Positions 16,900-26,565 are shown, counted from the stretch's first letter. The stretch is DNA of 64,000 nt from Salibacteraceae bacterium (GCA_965659675.1 CBFHWY010000004.1:8110-72109), one strand, 5' to 3'. A program made the numbers and translations. Notes: a model not told the origin generated them from the sequence alone.

Positions 16900-18402
16900 T
16901 TGAATATTTATTCCAAGAAACAAGTTTGGAAGAGTTTGCTCTTTATTCTGGCTATGATCATCATTGGGTTCTCCCTTTGGTATACCAGCGTACTTGTTGA
17001 GAAGATCTCCAGTGAAGAACGCGAGCGCGTTGAGCTATGGGCACAAGCCATTCAGCGAAAAGCCAAACTTGTGAATTACACCGATCGCTTATTTGAGAAA
17101 CTCAGGGCGGAGGAGCGAAAGAAGGTAGAACAATGGCTCGAAGCTACTCGTCGACTGGCTTCTACTGATGTTAACTCAGATTTCAGCTTTTTGAGTCAGA
17201 TCGTACAAGACAATACAACGGTTCCAGTTATCCTCACCGATGCGAATAGAAATGTGATCGCCCATCGTAATCTCGACAAAGGAATTAGCAATGACAAAGA
17301 CAGCATGAAGGTCGAGATCTCGCGCATGGAAAGGCAGTATGACCCCATTGAGATCAACTATTTTCAAGATCAAAAGAATTTTCTTTTCTACAAAGACTCA
17401 AGACTGATCACAGAACTGGAAAAGACCTTTGAAGATCTGGAGAAATCATTCATAGCTGAAGTAGTGAAGAACTCAGTGAGTGTTCCGGTATTATACACAG
17501 ATGGAAGCGGTAAGGAAATCCTTGCCTTTGGAAACATCGACTCTAATGATCTGCTTGATGCTCAAGCTGCAGACCTTGTGCTTAGTGAGATGAGCGCAGA
17601 TAATGAGCCGATCAAGATCGAATTAAAAGAAGGAGACAATCATTTTATCTATTACAAGGATTCATGGTTGCTACAACAACTAAAGTGGTATCCGCTGGTT
17701 CAGTTCATTGTTATTGGATTCTTCATATTGATCGCCTATTTGATGTTCTCCAATGCTCGAAAGGTCGAACAAAATCAGGTTTGGGTGGGCATGGCTAAGG
17801 AAACAGCTCATCAGCTTGGAACTCCGTTATCATCTCTTATGGCATGGCATGAGATCATCAAAGAGTCGAAGCTCGATCAAAGCCTCGTAGATGAGCTCGA
17901 AAAGGATATTCAACGTTTTCAAACCATTACTGAGCGTTTTTCAAAGATCGGCTCTAAGCCAGAGCTTCTTGAAAACAGTTTACACAATGTGGTTTCCGAT
18001 AGTTTGACCTACATGCAAAGTAGAAGCCCGAAACAGGTGAAGTTTGAAATGGATGTTGAAAAGGATATTCAGGTCCGTTATAATCGACCGCTTTTTGAGT
18101 GGGTGATTGAAAACCTTGTGAGGAATAGCCTCGACGCGATGGAGGGTAAGGGATCGATCAGCATTAAAGCGACAAAAGAGTCATCGTGGATACATTTAGA
18201 TTTAAGTGATACCGGTAAAGGCATAGCTGCGAACAAAAGAAAACGCGTCTTTGAACCTGGGTTCACCACCAAAAAAAGAGGTTGGGGACTTGGCCTTTCT
18301 TTGGTCAAGCGGATCATTGAACAATACCATGGTGGGAAGATCTTCGTTTTAAACTCTAAACCTGGGGAGGGTAGCACCTTTCGAATCAGCTTCCCAAAGT
18401 AA
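16900..18402 (+). CDS. Sensor histidine kinase (no adjacent regulator)
   Basis: TTG start; two TM segments flank an extracytoplasmic domain of about 240 aa; H-box ETAHQLGTPLSS; HATPase motifs (DTGKGI, GWGLGLS). Confidence 0.85.
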   Translation: MNIYSKKQVWKSLLFILAMIIIGFSLWYTSVLVEKISSEERERVELWAQAIQRKAKLVNYTDRLFEKLRAEERKKVEQWLEATRRLASTDVNSDFSFLSQIVQDNTTVPVILTDANRNVIAHRNLDKGISNDKDSMKVEISRMERQYDPIEINYFQDQKNFLFYKDSRLITELEKTFEDLEKSFIAEVVKNSVSVPVLYTDGSGKEILAFGNIDSNDLLDAQAADLVLSEMSADNEPIKIELKEGDNHFIYYKDSWLLQQLKWYPLVQFIVIGFFILIAYLMFSNARKVEQNQVWVGMAKETAHQLGTPLSSLMAWHEIIKESKLDQSLVDELEKDIQRFQTITERFSKIGSKPELLENSLHNVVSDSLTYMQSRSPKQVKFEMDVEKDIQVRYNRPLFEWVIENLVRNSLDAMEGKGSISIKATKESSWIHLDLSDTGKGIAANKRKRVFEPGFTTKKRGWGLGLSLVKRIIEQYHGGKIFVLNSKPGEGSTFRISFPK

Positions 18403-19539
18403 TTGGCCGGTTTATATATCCATATTCCATTTTGTGAGAAAGCTTGTCCGTATTGCGACTTCTATTTTCTCGCATCAAAACAGCGCATTCCGCAGTTTAC
18501 CGAGGCATTGGGCGCGGAACTCGATATGCGAGCCAGCAGCTTAAAGGAAAAAGTGAGCACCGTTTACTTCGGAGGAGGAACTCCGAGTATACTTCAGAAT
18601 AAGGAGCTGAAAAATATCATTGATCAGATCAGGGATAGCTATGTGCTGGAAGATGCAATCGAGCTAACGCTGGAAGCGAATCCCGAGCATATATCTGAGG
18701 AAAAAACCAGACAGATCATCGATGCTGGAATCAATAGGGTGAGCCTGGGGATTCAGTCTTTTATGCCATCGGTGCTTGAGACCCTGGGAAGAAATCACAG
18801 CAGAAAAACGGCGATAGAGAGCCTTCACATGCTGAGAGAATTGGGCATAAAGAACATTAGTTTGGATCTTATCATGGGTGTTCCCGGTCAAAGTCTGGAG
18901 GACTTTGAATCGGACCTCAAAGAAGCCCTGGAATTCTACCCCGAGCATCTTTCAGTTTATGCACTGACCATAGAAGACGGTACGCCAATGGAGTATGCTA
19001 TCTCATCAGGCAAACTAGAAGCACCCTCTGAGGATCTTCAGGCAGAGATGTATAAAATATGCTACCAAACACTTTGCGATGCTGGGTATGAGGCCTACGA
19101 GATCTCCAATTACGCCCTCCCATCTTACCGAAGCAAACACAATTCAGCCTATTGGAACGGGAGATCATTCTTAGGCTTTGGGCCTTCAGCTCATTCGATG
19201 ATTGATGGCAAAAGAAGCCACAACCCTGCCGACCTCAAAGAGTATTTGAGCAAAATTACTGACCAAAAATTAGCACTCATTCATGAGCCAATGGATGAAA
19301 TAAACCGCATGAACGAGTACATTCTGACCCAATTGAGGCAGGAGATCGGCATTTCGATTCCAGCATTTTCAAGTCTCTTTGGCAAAAGAAAAGCCGAGTT
19401 ACTTATCAAAAAAGGAGAGCGCTATATAGGTCAAGACTTGTTGCTGCAAAAAGATGGCAGACTATCTTTAAGTTTGGAAGGTCGTTTGATGGCCGACCGT
19501 ATTGCCATGGAATTATTTGCTGATGAAGATGAAAGCTGA
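18403..19539 (+). CDS. hemW: Radical SAM haem chaperone HemW (HemN-like)
   Basis: LYIHIPFCEKACPYCDF CxxxCxxC motif. TTG start immediately follows the upstream TAA. Confidence 0.85.
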   Translation: MAGLYIHIPFCEKACPYCDFYFLASKQRIPQFTEALGAELDMRASSLKEKVSTVYFGGGTPSILQNKELKNIIDQIRDSYVLEDAIELTLEANPEHISEEKTRQIIDAGINRVSLGIQSFMPSVLETLGRNHSRKTAIESLHMLRELGIKNISLDLIMGVPGQSLEDFESDLKEALEFYPEHLSVYALTIEDGTPMEYAISSGKLEAPSEDLQAEMYKICYQTLCDAGYEAYEISNYALPSYRSKHNSAYWNGRSFLGFGPSAHSMIDGKRSHNPADLKEYLSKITDQKLALIHEPMDEINRMNEYILTQLRQEIGISIPAFSSLFGKRKAELLIKKGERYIGQDLLLQKDGRLSLSLEGRLMADRIAMELFADEDES

Positions 19540-20275
19540 AATAGAACTGGAAGGAGGAAAGAAGATCAAGGTGGACTTAAATGAGGCCATCGATATCAGT
19601 ATTCCGCTCAAAGCTGCTGATGACCGGGTTAAGGCCTGGTATGTAGACCCGATCCGAATCGAAGCGGTTAGAGGAGAGGGTTTCATTGGTTCAGTAAAGG
19701 AAGGAGGCTCGGTGAACTTCAGAGACATTCACTTTAATCCACACGGACATGGCACACACACTGAATGTCTTGGACATATTACCCCTGAGGTATATTCAGT
19801 GAACGAGCACATTCGCGAATATTTTATGATGGCGCAGGTCTTAAGCATCGATCCAGAGCGCAGAGAAGAGGACCTGGTCATGACGAAAGATCAAATCATC
19901 AGGCAGCTGGATCCCCAGGTCAATGCCCTCATCATTCGCAGTCTTCCAAATGACGAATCAAAACTTCATCGGGAATATTCGGGAAGCAACCCCCCTTATA
20001 TCGAACACGAAGCTCTTGAAGAACTTTGTAAACGCAATCTGGGCCACTTGCTTTTGGATATGCCCTCAGTAGATCGAGAAGATGACGGCGGTGAACTTAA
20101 GGCACATCATGCTTTTTGGAATACAGCTGGAAGTCCGCGCATGAATGCGAGCATTACAGAGATGGTCTATGTGCCCAATGAAGTTCAGGATGGCATCTAC
20201 TTCATGAATCTTCAATTTGCACCTTTTGAAAATGATGCTTCACCATCGAGACCTTTGCTTTTTCCCCTGAAATAA
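19523..20275 (+). CDS. Putative cyclase-family protein (arylformamidase-like)
   Basis: HGHGTHTECLGH resembles the HxGTHxDxPxH cyclase motif. Start ATG 19523 or 19529, overlapping the hemW 3' end. Confidence 0.6.
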   Translation: MKMKAEIELEGGKKIKVDLNEAIDISIPLKAADDRVKAWYVDPIRIEAVRGEGFIGSVKEGGSVNFRDIHFNPHGHGTHTECLGHITPEVYSVNEHIREYFMMAQVLSIDPERREEDLVMTKDQIIRQLDPQVNALIIRSLPNDESKLHREYSGSNPPYIEHEALEELCKRNLGHLLLDMPSVDREDDGGELKAHHAFWNTAGSPRMNASITEMVYVPNEVQDGIYFMNLQFAPFENDASPSRPLLFPLK

Positions 20276-20319
20276 TCCCATTTTGGGTCTTAATTTCCCA
20301 TTTTGGGAATATTCCCAAA
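20276..20319. repeat. 12-nt direct repeat TCCCATTTTGGG x2 plus an 18-bp perfect palindrome TTTGGGAATATTCCCAAA
   Basis: Repeats at 20276-20287 and 20296-20307; palindrome at 20302-20319. Starts right after the cyclase stop codon and lies upstream of the 20381 gene. Confidence 0.5.
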
Positions 20320-20380
20320 TATAACTATCTGATTATTAGTAGGTCGATTTAGTGGCACATTTATTCCACTGTGCGTGAAC

Positions 20381-20857
20381 ATGATTGATAGAAACCCTAT
20401 TGTTTTTCTTTTCGGAATAATCAGTTTAGTAGGTTCCATCTTCAGTTTTTCCATTGTCCACAACCTTGGATACTCTCATCTTTTTGAGTTGAGAATGCTC
20501 AATGTGGTGTTCCTGTTGATTGGTATTGTTTCAGCGCTCAACTTCTCATTGCGTTCGAGAAGTGCTGATCGTTCATCTTATCGCAAGGCGCTCATGACGG
20601 GCATTCAGATCAGCATTTTTACCGCAAGTTTATTTGCAGCCTACTTGTATATGGCCTCAAATGTGGATGAAAGTCTGAATCAAATGATCGCGGAGCGCAC
20701 AGGCGCTTTACTTGGCATGGGACCAATAGGTCTTTCTCTATCCACTTTTCTCGAAGCCTTATTTTCCGGGGTGATCATAACGATCGTCTATCTCCAGTTT
20801 CAAAAGGGATCCTTCATTAGAAGAAAAGTGCTTCACTTACTTCGCTCAAGAGCCTGA
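20381..20857 (+). CDS. Four-TM membrane protein, unknown function
   Basis: 158 aa from ATG 20381 (ORF-track GTG at 20375), with four hydrophobic segments. Confidence 0.55.
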   Translation: MIDRNPIVFLFGIISLVGSIFSFSIVHNLGYSHLFELRMLNVVFLLIGIVSALNFSLRSRSADRSSYRKALMTGIQISIFTASLFAAYLYMASNVDESLNQMIAERTGALLGMGPIGLSLSTFLEALFSGVIITIVYLQFQKGSFIRRKVLHLLRSRA

Positions 20858-21961
20858 TCACTTTCTCTCTAGATCAGCATTCATCACCTGAGTCTGTCGC
20901 TTGATCGACAAGTCGTGGATCAATTCCAATAAGTCTTTGATAAAACGCTCATCGAGTTGAAGGCTTTTGCCGAGTGAGCTTCTGGTTTCCAGAATCTCTT
21001 TCCAACGTTCCAGTTGAAATATCGTCACTTCGTTTTCCCTTTTATACTCTCCTATACGTTCAACGATCTCCATTCGAGAAACAAGTTTTTTGATGATCTC
21101 CGCATCAATCTCATCGATGATGTTTCTGAGCTCTTCAAGCTGGTTTTCGAACACGGGGTTAGCACTGGAAGCCTTCCGCATTGAAAGTCCCTTGAGTAAT
21201 TTTTCCAATTTCTTTGGGCTTAGCTGTTGCTCAGCATCGCTCTTTGCTTGTGCAGGGTCGGGGTGCGATTCGATCATTAATCCTTCCATATCCAGATCAA
21301 TGGCCTTTTGTGATATGAAAGAGATCATATCCCTGTCTCCAGCAATATGACTCGGGTCACAAATAATGGCCAGATTCGAGCTCAAGCTTTTTAAGGCAAT
21401 GGGGATCTCCCACATCGGAACATTTCTGAAAACAGAGTCCTCAAAACTTGAAAAGCCGCGGTGGATAGCCGCCAACTTTCTGATTCCCGCTTTGTTGATC
21501 CGTTCTAAAGCCCCCACCCAGAGTTGAAGATCTGGGTTAATGGGATTTTTTACAAATACAGGGACATCAACTCCTTGCAGAGCATCGGCAATTTCCTGTA
21601 CGCTAAATGGATTTGTTGAAGTTCTTGCTCCAACCCAGAGCATATCGATACCAGCCTCGAGGGCTGCTTCCACGTGTTGTGCTTTTGCCACTTCCGTAAT
21701 TACTGGTATTCCCAGTGCATTTCCCGCTTGCTTTAACCAGGGAAGTGCATTTTCTCCAAGACCCTCGAAGCTATCTGGCCGTGTGCGTGGTTTCCAAATA
21801 CCCCCGCGCAATGCATCGATCTCATCAGATCCTTTCAGACTTTTAACCACCTGTTGCATTTGTTCTGGTGATTCAACAGAACAAGGGCCTGAAATGAGGT
21901 ATCTCGGACCTTTTGGTTTTGCCCAGGACTGAAAATCTTCTAAGTCTAGTCTTAAATTCAT
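20858..21961 (-). CDS. Bifunctional 3-deoxy-7-phosphoheptulonate synthase / chorismate mutase type II
   Basis: N-terminal DAHP/KDO8P-synthase-like barrel plus a C-terminal helical chorismate mutase region (LEELRNIIDEIDAEIIKKLVSRMEIVERIGEYK). Confidence 0.85.
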   Translation of the reverse strand: MNLRLDLEDFQSWAKPKGPRYLISGPCSVESPEQMQQVVKSLKGSDEIDALRGGIWKPRTRPDSFEGLGENALPWLKQAGNALGIPVITEVAKAQHVEAALEAGIDMLWVGARTSTNPFSVQEIADALQGVDVPVFVKNPINPDLQLWVGALERINKAGIRKLAAIHRGFSSFEDSVFRNVPMWEIPIALKSLSSNLAIICDPSHIAGDRDMISFISQKAIDLDMEGLMIESHPDPAQAKSDAEQQLSPKKLEKLLKGLSMRKASSANPVFENQLEELRNIIDEIDAEIIKKLVSRMEIVERIGEYKRENEVTIFQLERWKEILETRSSLGKSLQLDERFIKDLLELIHDLSIKRQTQVMNADLERK

Positions 21962-21996
21962 CTACTGCTTAAACATATAGATCCCTGCAAAGTTCC

Positions 21997-23013
21997 CTAT
22001 TTCCAGCGAATGACAATTTTTCCTTTTGATTTTCTGCTTTCGAGTAAGGAATGAGCACTGCTGATCTCTTCTGCGCTGAAATCGCCTCCTATTTGTGGTT
22101 TGAAAACGGCCTTTTCAAAGAGTTCATGAACCTCCTTTAGGATAGAAGAAACTGACTCGGGTTTGTGATCTCCTATGCGCAACATATTCACTCCGATGAT
22201 CGACTGAGATTTCATCATTAGCTTGATCGGGGTGAAAAAGCCGAAACCCAACACGAGTTTTAAAGTAGCCAAAAAACCACCTTTGGAACGGCTTGCAGCA
22301 CCAAAGAGCACAGCTCGTCCGCCATAATTCAGCAGCTTCATCCCTTTACTAAAGGTTTTTCCGCCAACGGCGTCAAAGATGACATCCACCCGATTGTTGT
22401 CCCTCAAATTTCTGATCTCCTCGTCAAATTCCTGCTTGCGATAATTAATGGGGTGGTCTACGCCAAGTTCTTTTATATAATTCAGCTTTTCATCACTTCC
22501 CGCTGTGCCGTATATCTCACAGTTGAGGTGTTCGGCATACTGACAAAGTGCGGTTCCCACTCCTCCTGCAGCTGAGTGAATCAAAACCCTTTCATTAGCC
22601 ATTAAATTAGCGCTTTTTGCACAGAAAAGCGCGGTGCAATATTGGGTTCCGAGTGCAGCAGCTATTCCTGCATCCAGATCATCAGAAATCTTATGCACAG
22701 CTCTTGCATCTGTGCAAGCGTACTCGGCGTAGGCGCCAAATCGTGTGAAGCCAACTACTCGATCTCCTATGTCAAAACCGGCAACCTCATCTCCAATTTC
22801 TTCAATCCTTCCTACGGCCTCATAACCAATAATGGCGGGAAGTTCTGGGCAATCCGGATAAAGTCCTTTTCTCGCCAACACATCAGCATAATTCAATCCA
22901 AAGGCTTCCACTTTAATGAGAACATCTCCACTTTCGACCTTGGGGGTCTCAACTTCTGCCATCTTAAAGGCATCTTCAGCGCTTCCGTGCTTTACTAACT
23001 GTATTGCTTTCAT
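21997..23013 (-). CDS. Zinc-type alcohol dehydrogenase / NADPH:quinone oxidoreductase family protein
   Basis: MKAIQLVKHG start; MDR-family Rossmann motif AAGGVGTA. ORF-track GTG extension trimmed. Confidence 0.85.
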   Translation of the reverse strand: MKAIQLVKHGSAEDAFKMAEVETPKVESGDVLIKVEAFGLNYADVLARKGLYPDCPELPAIIGYEAVGRIEEIGDEVAGFDIGDRVVGFTRFGAYAEYACTDARAVHKISDDLDAGIAAALGTQYCTALFCAKSANLMANERVLIHSAAGGVGTALCQYAEHLNCEIYGTAGSDEKLNYIKELGVDHPINYRKQEFDEEIRNLRDNNRVDVIFDAVGGKTFSKGMKLLNYGGRAVLFGAASRSKGGFLATLKLVLGFGFFTPIKLMMKSQSIIGVNMLRIGDHKPESVSSILKEVHELFEKAVFKPQIGGDFSAEEISSAHSLLESRKSKGKIVIRWK

Positions 23014-23066
23014 TGAATTCACAATAATACGCTTTAAGCTATATTCGTAATGAAAATCAATATATC

Positions 23067-24566
23067 ATGAAAAGCCTTGGCCTATTCTTAACTCTCCTTT
23101 TCTCTGTTCATTTTTCTTCAGCTCAGAACTATGTTTTGGACTTTGATGGTGACGATCATGTCCTGATCGACTCTAATTTCCAATTTGCCAACTTAACGCA
23201 GCTCACCTACAGCATGTGGGTAAAATCTGATTGGCAGGGAGCGAATTATTTGGTTGACATTACCGATGACCCGGCAGGGTATGCAGACCCCAATGGAGGT
23301 TGGAGAACCTTTATCGGCCGATTCAATGGCAACTTCATTTTTTCTCAATACTTCAGAGGGGAAAACACAAGCAACGTACTTGATATTGATGAAAAGGCAG
23401 GTGAATATGCTCATGTAGCCTGTGTGATCATAAGAACTGCTGTAAACGGCAACGATTTTAGCTACGACATGATCACCTATGTGAATGGTGTAGAGCAAGA
23501 TCGTGATGAATGGGTTGTGAGAGCCAATAGTGCTGCAGATGCCTACCTCAGGCTTAACAGGGGCGGCAGAAAGGTGCTGGGCGCTCGCTTTAATTTGAGA
23601 AATAACAACTTCCTCACCGGGCAAATGGATGATTTTGCAGTGTATGATGTCGCACTATCTGCCTCTGAGATCAAAGACATCGCCTGTGCGGGTGTTACTC
23701 CATTGAACAATCGCACCATTCTTTTTTATGGCTTCAATGAAGGTTCGGGTTTTAGTTCGGTCGACAGCTCAGGAAATGCCTATAACGGGTTTAATGATCA
23801 ACCCTTTTTCCAAAGAGCTACACTTCCTGATCTGAGCGCTGCCACTGTGAGTGCCGATTTTGCCTCAAATTCTTTCAATCAAAGCTATTTTGCTCGTTTT
23901 CAGAATCTCTCACAGAATGGTGATCTCAATATTTGGGACTTTGGTGACGGCACGATCGATACTAATAACAACAATGTTTTGTTTCACCGATTCCCATCGA
24001 GTGACACCTTTCAGGTTTGCTTAGACGCATCCGCTGCTTGCGGAGGATCAGACCAGTACTGTTCCGAAGTGATTATCAACTGCCCTTTTCCTACCGCAAA
24101 CTTTAATTATATCTACCAGGATCTGAGTTTTGCTGGGGAGGCAGATACAAGCAATGTGGACTCCGTTTTTTGGGATTTTGGTGATGGCAACTTCAGCAAC
24201 TCACCTACCACCCTTCACAGCTTCCGCTTTGACGGCAAGAAAACCATCTGCCTGTACGTTTACAATAACTGCGGGGTAGATACCATTTGCCAGACCTTTG
24301 ATGCCGTATTCAGTTCATCTGATGAAAGGGAGACCAGCGATGAGTTGACGGCTAAGAGTCTTGGAAACAAAGAGCTTTTACTTAGCAATCTTTCCAATGA
24401 GGAGGACATGGAATACCGCCTGACAGATATGAATGGAAAGTTGATCAGAAGCGGACATCTACTCGGGGAAAAGAATTATCGCTTTAAGTTGAATACTAAA
24501 GGGATCTACCTCATTGAGCTGAGAACAGCAAGTCGCTTTCGAGCTGAGAAGGTGATGGTCTATTGA
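23067..24566 (+). CDS. Secreted LamG-like / PKD-repeat protein with T9SS-type C-terminal domain
   Basis: Signal peptide ...FSSA/QNY; LamG-like N-domain; two WDFGDG PKD signatures; C-terminal beta-sandwich tail (YRLTDMNGKLI...GIYLIELRT). Confidence 0.75.
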   Translation: MKSLGLFLTLLFSVHFSSAQNYVLDFDGDDHVLIDSNFQFANLTQLTYSMWVKSDWQGANYLVDITDDPAGYADPNGGWRTFIGRFNGNFIFSQYFRGENTSNVLDIDEKAGEYAHVACVIIRTAVNGNDFSYDMITYVNGVEQDRDEWVVRANSAADAYLRLNRGGRKVLGARFNLRNNNFLTGQMDDFAVYDVALSASEIKDIACAGVTPLNNRTILFYGFNEGSGFSSVDSSGNAYNGFNDQPFFQRATLPDLSAATVSADFASNSFNQSYFARFQNLSQNGDLNIWDFGDGTIDTNNNNVLFHRFPSSDTFQVCLDASAACGGSDQYCSEVIINCPFPTANFNYIYQDLSFAGEADTSNVDSVFWDFGDGNFSNSPTTLHSFRFDGKKTICLYVYNNCGVDTICQTFDAVFSSSDERETSDELTAKSLGNKELLLSNLSNEEDMEYRLTDMNGKLIRSGHLLGEKNYRFKLNTKGIYLIELRTASRFRAEKVMVY

Positions 24567-25543
24567 CGATAGATCACTTCAAGTACGGTTTGCCCCACCG
24601 CCTGTAAGGTCTTGGTAGAGATCACATCCATGTCGTCGTCATGAGTATGATGAAATGCACCGAAGTCTTGTCTGTTAGGGTCATAGTGAATGATATCCAC
24701 CGAAGGTATTCCCGCGATCACATTGACAGGGTAATGGTCATCGGTTATTCCTCCTATGGCTTGAGAGTTGAAATAGGATCCGTACCCCAGCTTGTTACCA
24801 ACTGACCAGATCATGTGCACATACTTTTCAGCATATTGCAGGGAATAATACTCCTTTGGAAAGATCGCATCCTCCGCTCCAACCATGTCCAACAAGATGC
24901 CGAACTCAGGCTCCTTATCTTCAAATCCACCCGCCTGTGCCCAATACTCCGAACCCAGGCACCAACCCTGATTTTCGCCAGTCATGCTTGCCTGTGGCTT
25001 TCCGTAGTCTTCTGCATCAAAAAACACCACGTCAATTCCAATATTTGGTTTTTGCTCTGCCTCATTGATCGTCCTCAAGATCTCCAGGATCAAACCTACT
25101 CCGCTAGCACCGTCATTTGCCCCCAATATGGCTTCATTTCTCCTTTTCTTGCCTCTATCCGCAAAAGGTCTGGTGTCCCAATGCGCAAAGAGCATGATCC
25201 TTTTTCGCTTAGCAGTATCCTGCCTACCAATAATATTGAAAGCGCGCAGTTTGTCCCCATTAAAGGCTGTTAGCTCGGCTTCCTGAACCTGGGTTTGAAG
25301 ACCAAGCTCCTGAAGTTTACTGACCAAATAATCCTTGCAGGCCACGTGTTCTTTTGTGTTGGGAACACGAGGGCCAAAATCTACTTGCTTTTGAATGTAT
25401 CGATAAGCAGAATCCGCATTGAGCATAGGTGCTTTTGCCTCCCATTTCTCACTGGGCACTTTCTGGATCTGAGGAGTTTTTTTCTCTTCACAGGACCACA
25501 GAAGCAATAAGCTCAGAAGAACACTTGCGCTATACTTTCTCAC
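24560..25543 (-). CDS. M28-fold glutaminyl-peptide cyclotransferase-like lipoprotein
   Basis: Lipobox LLLWSC; motifs FAHWDTRPFAD, NDGASGVG and FFDAEDYG. Confidence 0.75.
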   Translation of the reverse strand: MRKYSASVLLSLLLLWSCEEKKTPQIQKVPSEKWEAKAPMLNADSAYRYIQKQVDFGPRVPNTKEHVACKDYLVSKLQELGLQTQVQEAELTAFNGDKLRAFNIIGRQDTAKRKRIMLFAHWDTRPFADRGKKRRNEAILGANDGASGVGLILEILRTINEAEQKPNIGIDVVFFDAEDYGKPQASMTGENQGWCLGSEYWAQAGGFEDKEPEFGILLDMVGAEDAIFPKEYYSLQYAEKYVHMIWSVGNKLGYGSYFNSQAIGGITDDHYPVNVIAGIPSVDIIHYDPNRQDFGAFHHTHDDDMDVISTKTLQAVGQTVLEVIYRQ

Positions 25544-26468
25544 GGATATGTTTTAACATGTCTTCTACCAGGCCCGGGAGGTCATATTTCTCTTTCCAAT
25601 TCCAGTCTGCTCGCGCATGACGGTCATCGATGCTTTGCGGCCAACCCTCTGCGATCTGCTGACGATAATCTGGTTTATAATCTGTCTTGAAATCCGGAAT
25701 ATGCTTCTGGATCTCAGCGGTGATCTCCTCTGGGGTAAAAGACATCGCAGCTACATTATAACTTGTACGGATCTTGATTTGCTCCTCGGGAGCTTGCATG
25801 ATCTCCAGTGTTGCCCTGATCGCATCTTCCATGTGCATCATAGGTAAACTCGTATCGTGATCTAGAAAACACTCGTAAGTCTTTCCCTGAAGTGCCGAAT
25901 AGAAAATATCCACTGCGTAGTCTGTCGTTCCTCCCCCCGGTAAAGATTTCCAACCAATGAGTCCAGGGTAACGAATGCTCCTTACATCAACACCAAACTT
26001 CTCATGGTAGTATGAGCACCATAATTCACCAGAAAGTTTTCCGATCCCATATACGGTTCCGGGCTCGATGATGGTCGACTGAGGTGTATGTTGTTTCGGT
26101 GTGGTTTCTCCAAATACGGCGATCGAGCTCGGCCAAAATATTTTTTTGATGTGACCTTCTTTAGCTAGTTTAAGGACATTAAACAGACCTTCCATGCTAA
26201 GCTTCCAGGCAAAGTCGATATGTTTCTCAGCCGTGGCAGACAAAAGGGCTGCGAGATTATAAACCTGAGTGATTCCTTCTTGCTTTACCAGCTTGAGCAA
26301 GGCCTCTTTGTCAAGGCAATCGAGCTTCTGATAGTTTCCCTCAAAATCATCGGGATCTTTTACGTCGGTGGCGAGTACATTTTGGTCTCCATAAATATTG
26401 CAAAGCTCAAGGTAGAGCTCTCTGCCTACCTGGCCTAAGGCGCCTATGATCAATATCTTTTCATTCAT
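25530..26468 (-). CDS. tdh: Extended-SDR L-threonine 3-dehydrogenase-like NAD-dependent epimerase/dehydratase
   Basis: IIGALGQVG Rossmann motif; 312 aa; resembles SDR-type TDH of flavobacteria. The specific function is inferred. Confidence 0.65.
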   Translation of the reverse strand: MNEKILIIGALGQVGRELYLELCNIYGDQNVLATDVKDPDDFEGNYQKLDCLDKEALLKLVKQEGITQVYNLAALLSATAEKHIDFAWKLSMEGLFNVLKLAKEGHIKKIFWPSSIAVFGETTPKQHTPQSTIIEPGTVYGIGKLSGELWCSYYHEKFGVDVRSIRYPGLIGWKSLPGGGTTDYAVDIFYSALQGKTYECFLDHDTSLPMMHMEDAIRATLEIMQAPEEQIKIRTSYNVAAMSFTPEEITAEIQKHIPDFKTDYKPDYRQQIAEGWPQSIDDRHARADWNWKEKYDLPGLVEDMLKHIREKV

Positions 26469-26490
26469 CTAATACAGACTTGAAGCCCGA

Positions 26491-26498
26491 CAAATGTA
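26491..26498 (-). promoter_or_regulatory. -7 box TACATTTG upstream of tdh
   Basis: Exact TAnnTTTG on the minus strand, 22 nt from ATG 26468. Confidence 0.4.
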
Positions 26499-26565
26499 TC
26501 AAAAAAGCCTCCTGTCATTTCGCTAAAAATGACCTAAGTCATGGACTTGAAAAGCGCATAAAACC

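Noticed and set aside
24815-25273. Long antisense or alternate-frame ORFs from the six-frame track: 24815-25273 (152 aa), 33779-34222 (147 aa), 23193-23624 (143 aa), 44584-45003 (139 aa), 21540-21932 (130 aa), 1519-1902 (127 aa), 36797-37171 and 51674-52039.
   Set aside because: Each lies entirely inside, and opposite to or out of frame with, a strongly recognisable conserved gene (glutaminyl cyclase, accC, LamG protein, prs, DAHP synthase, ccoG, M23 peptidase, tdk). Their translations are low-complexity, Ser/Cys/Leu-rich and motif-free, which is typical of shadow ORFs.
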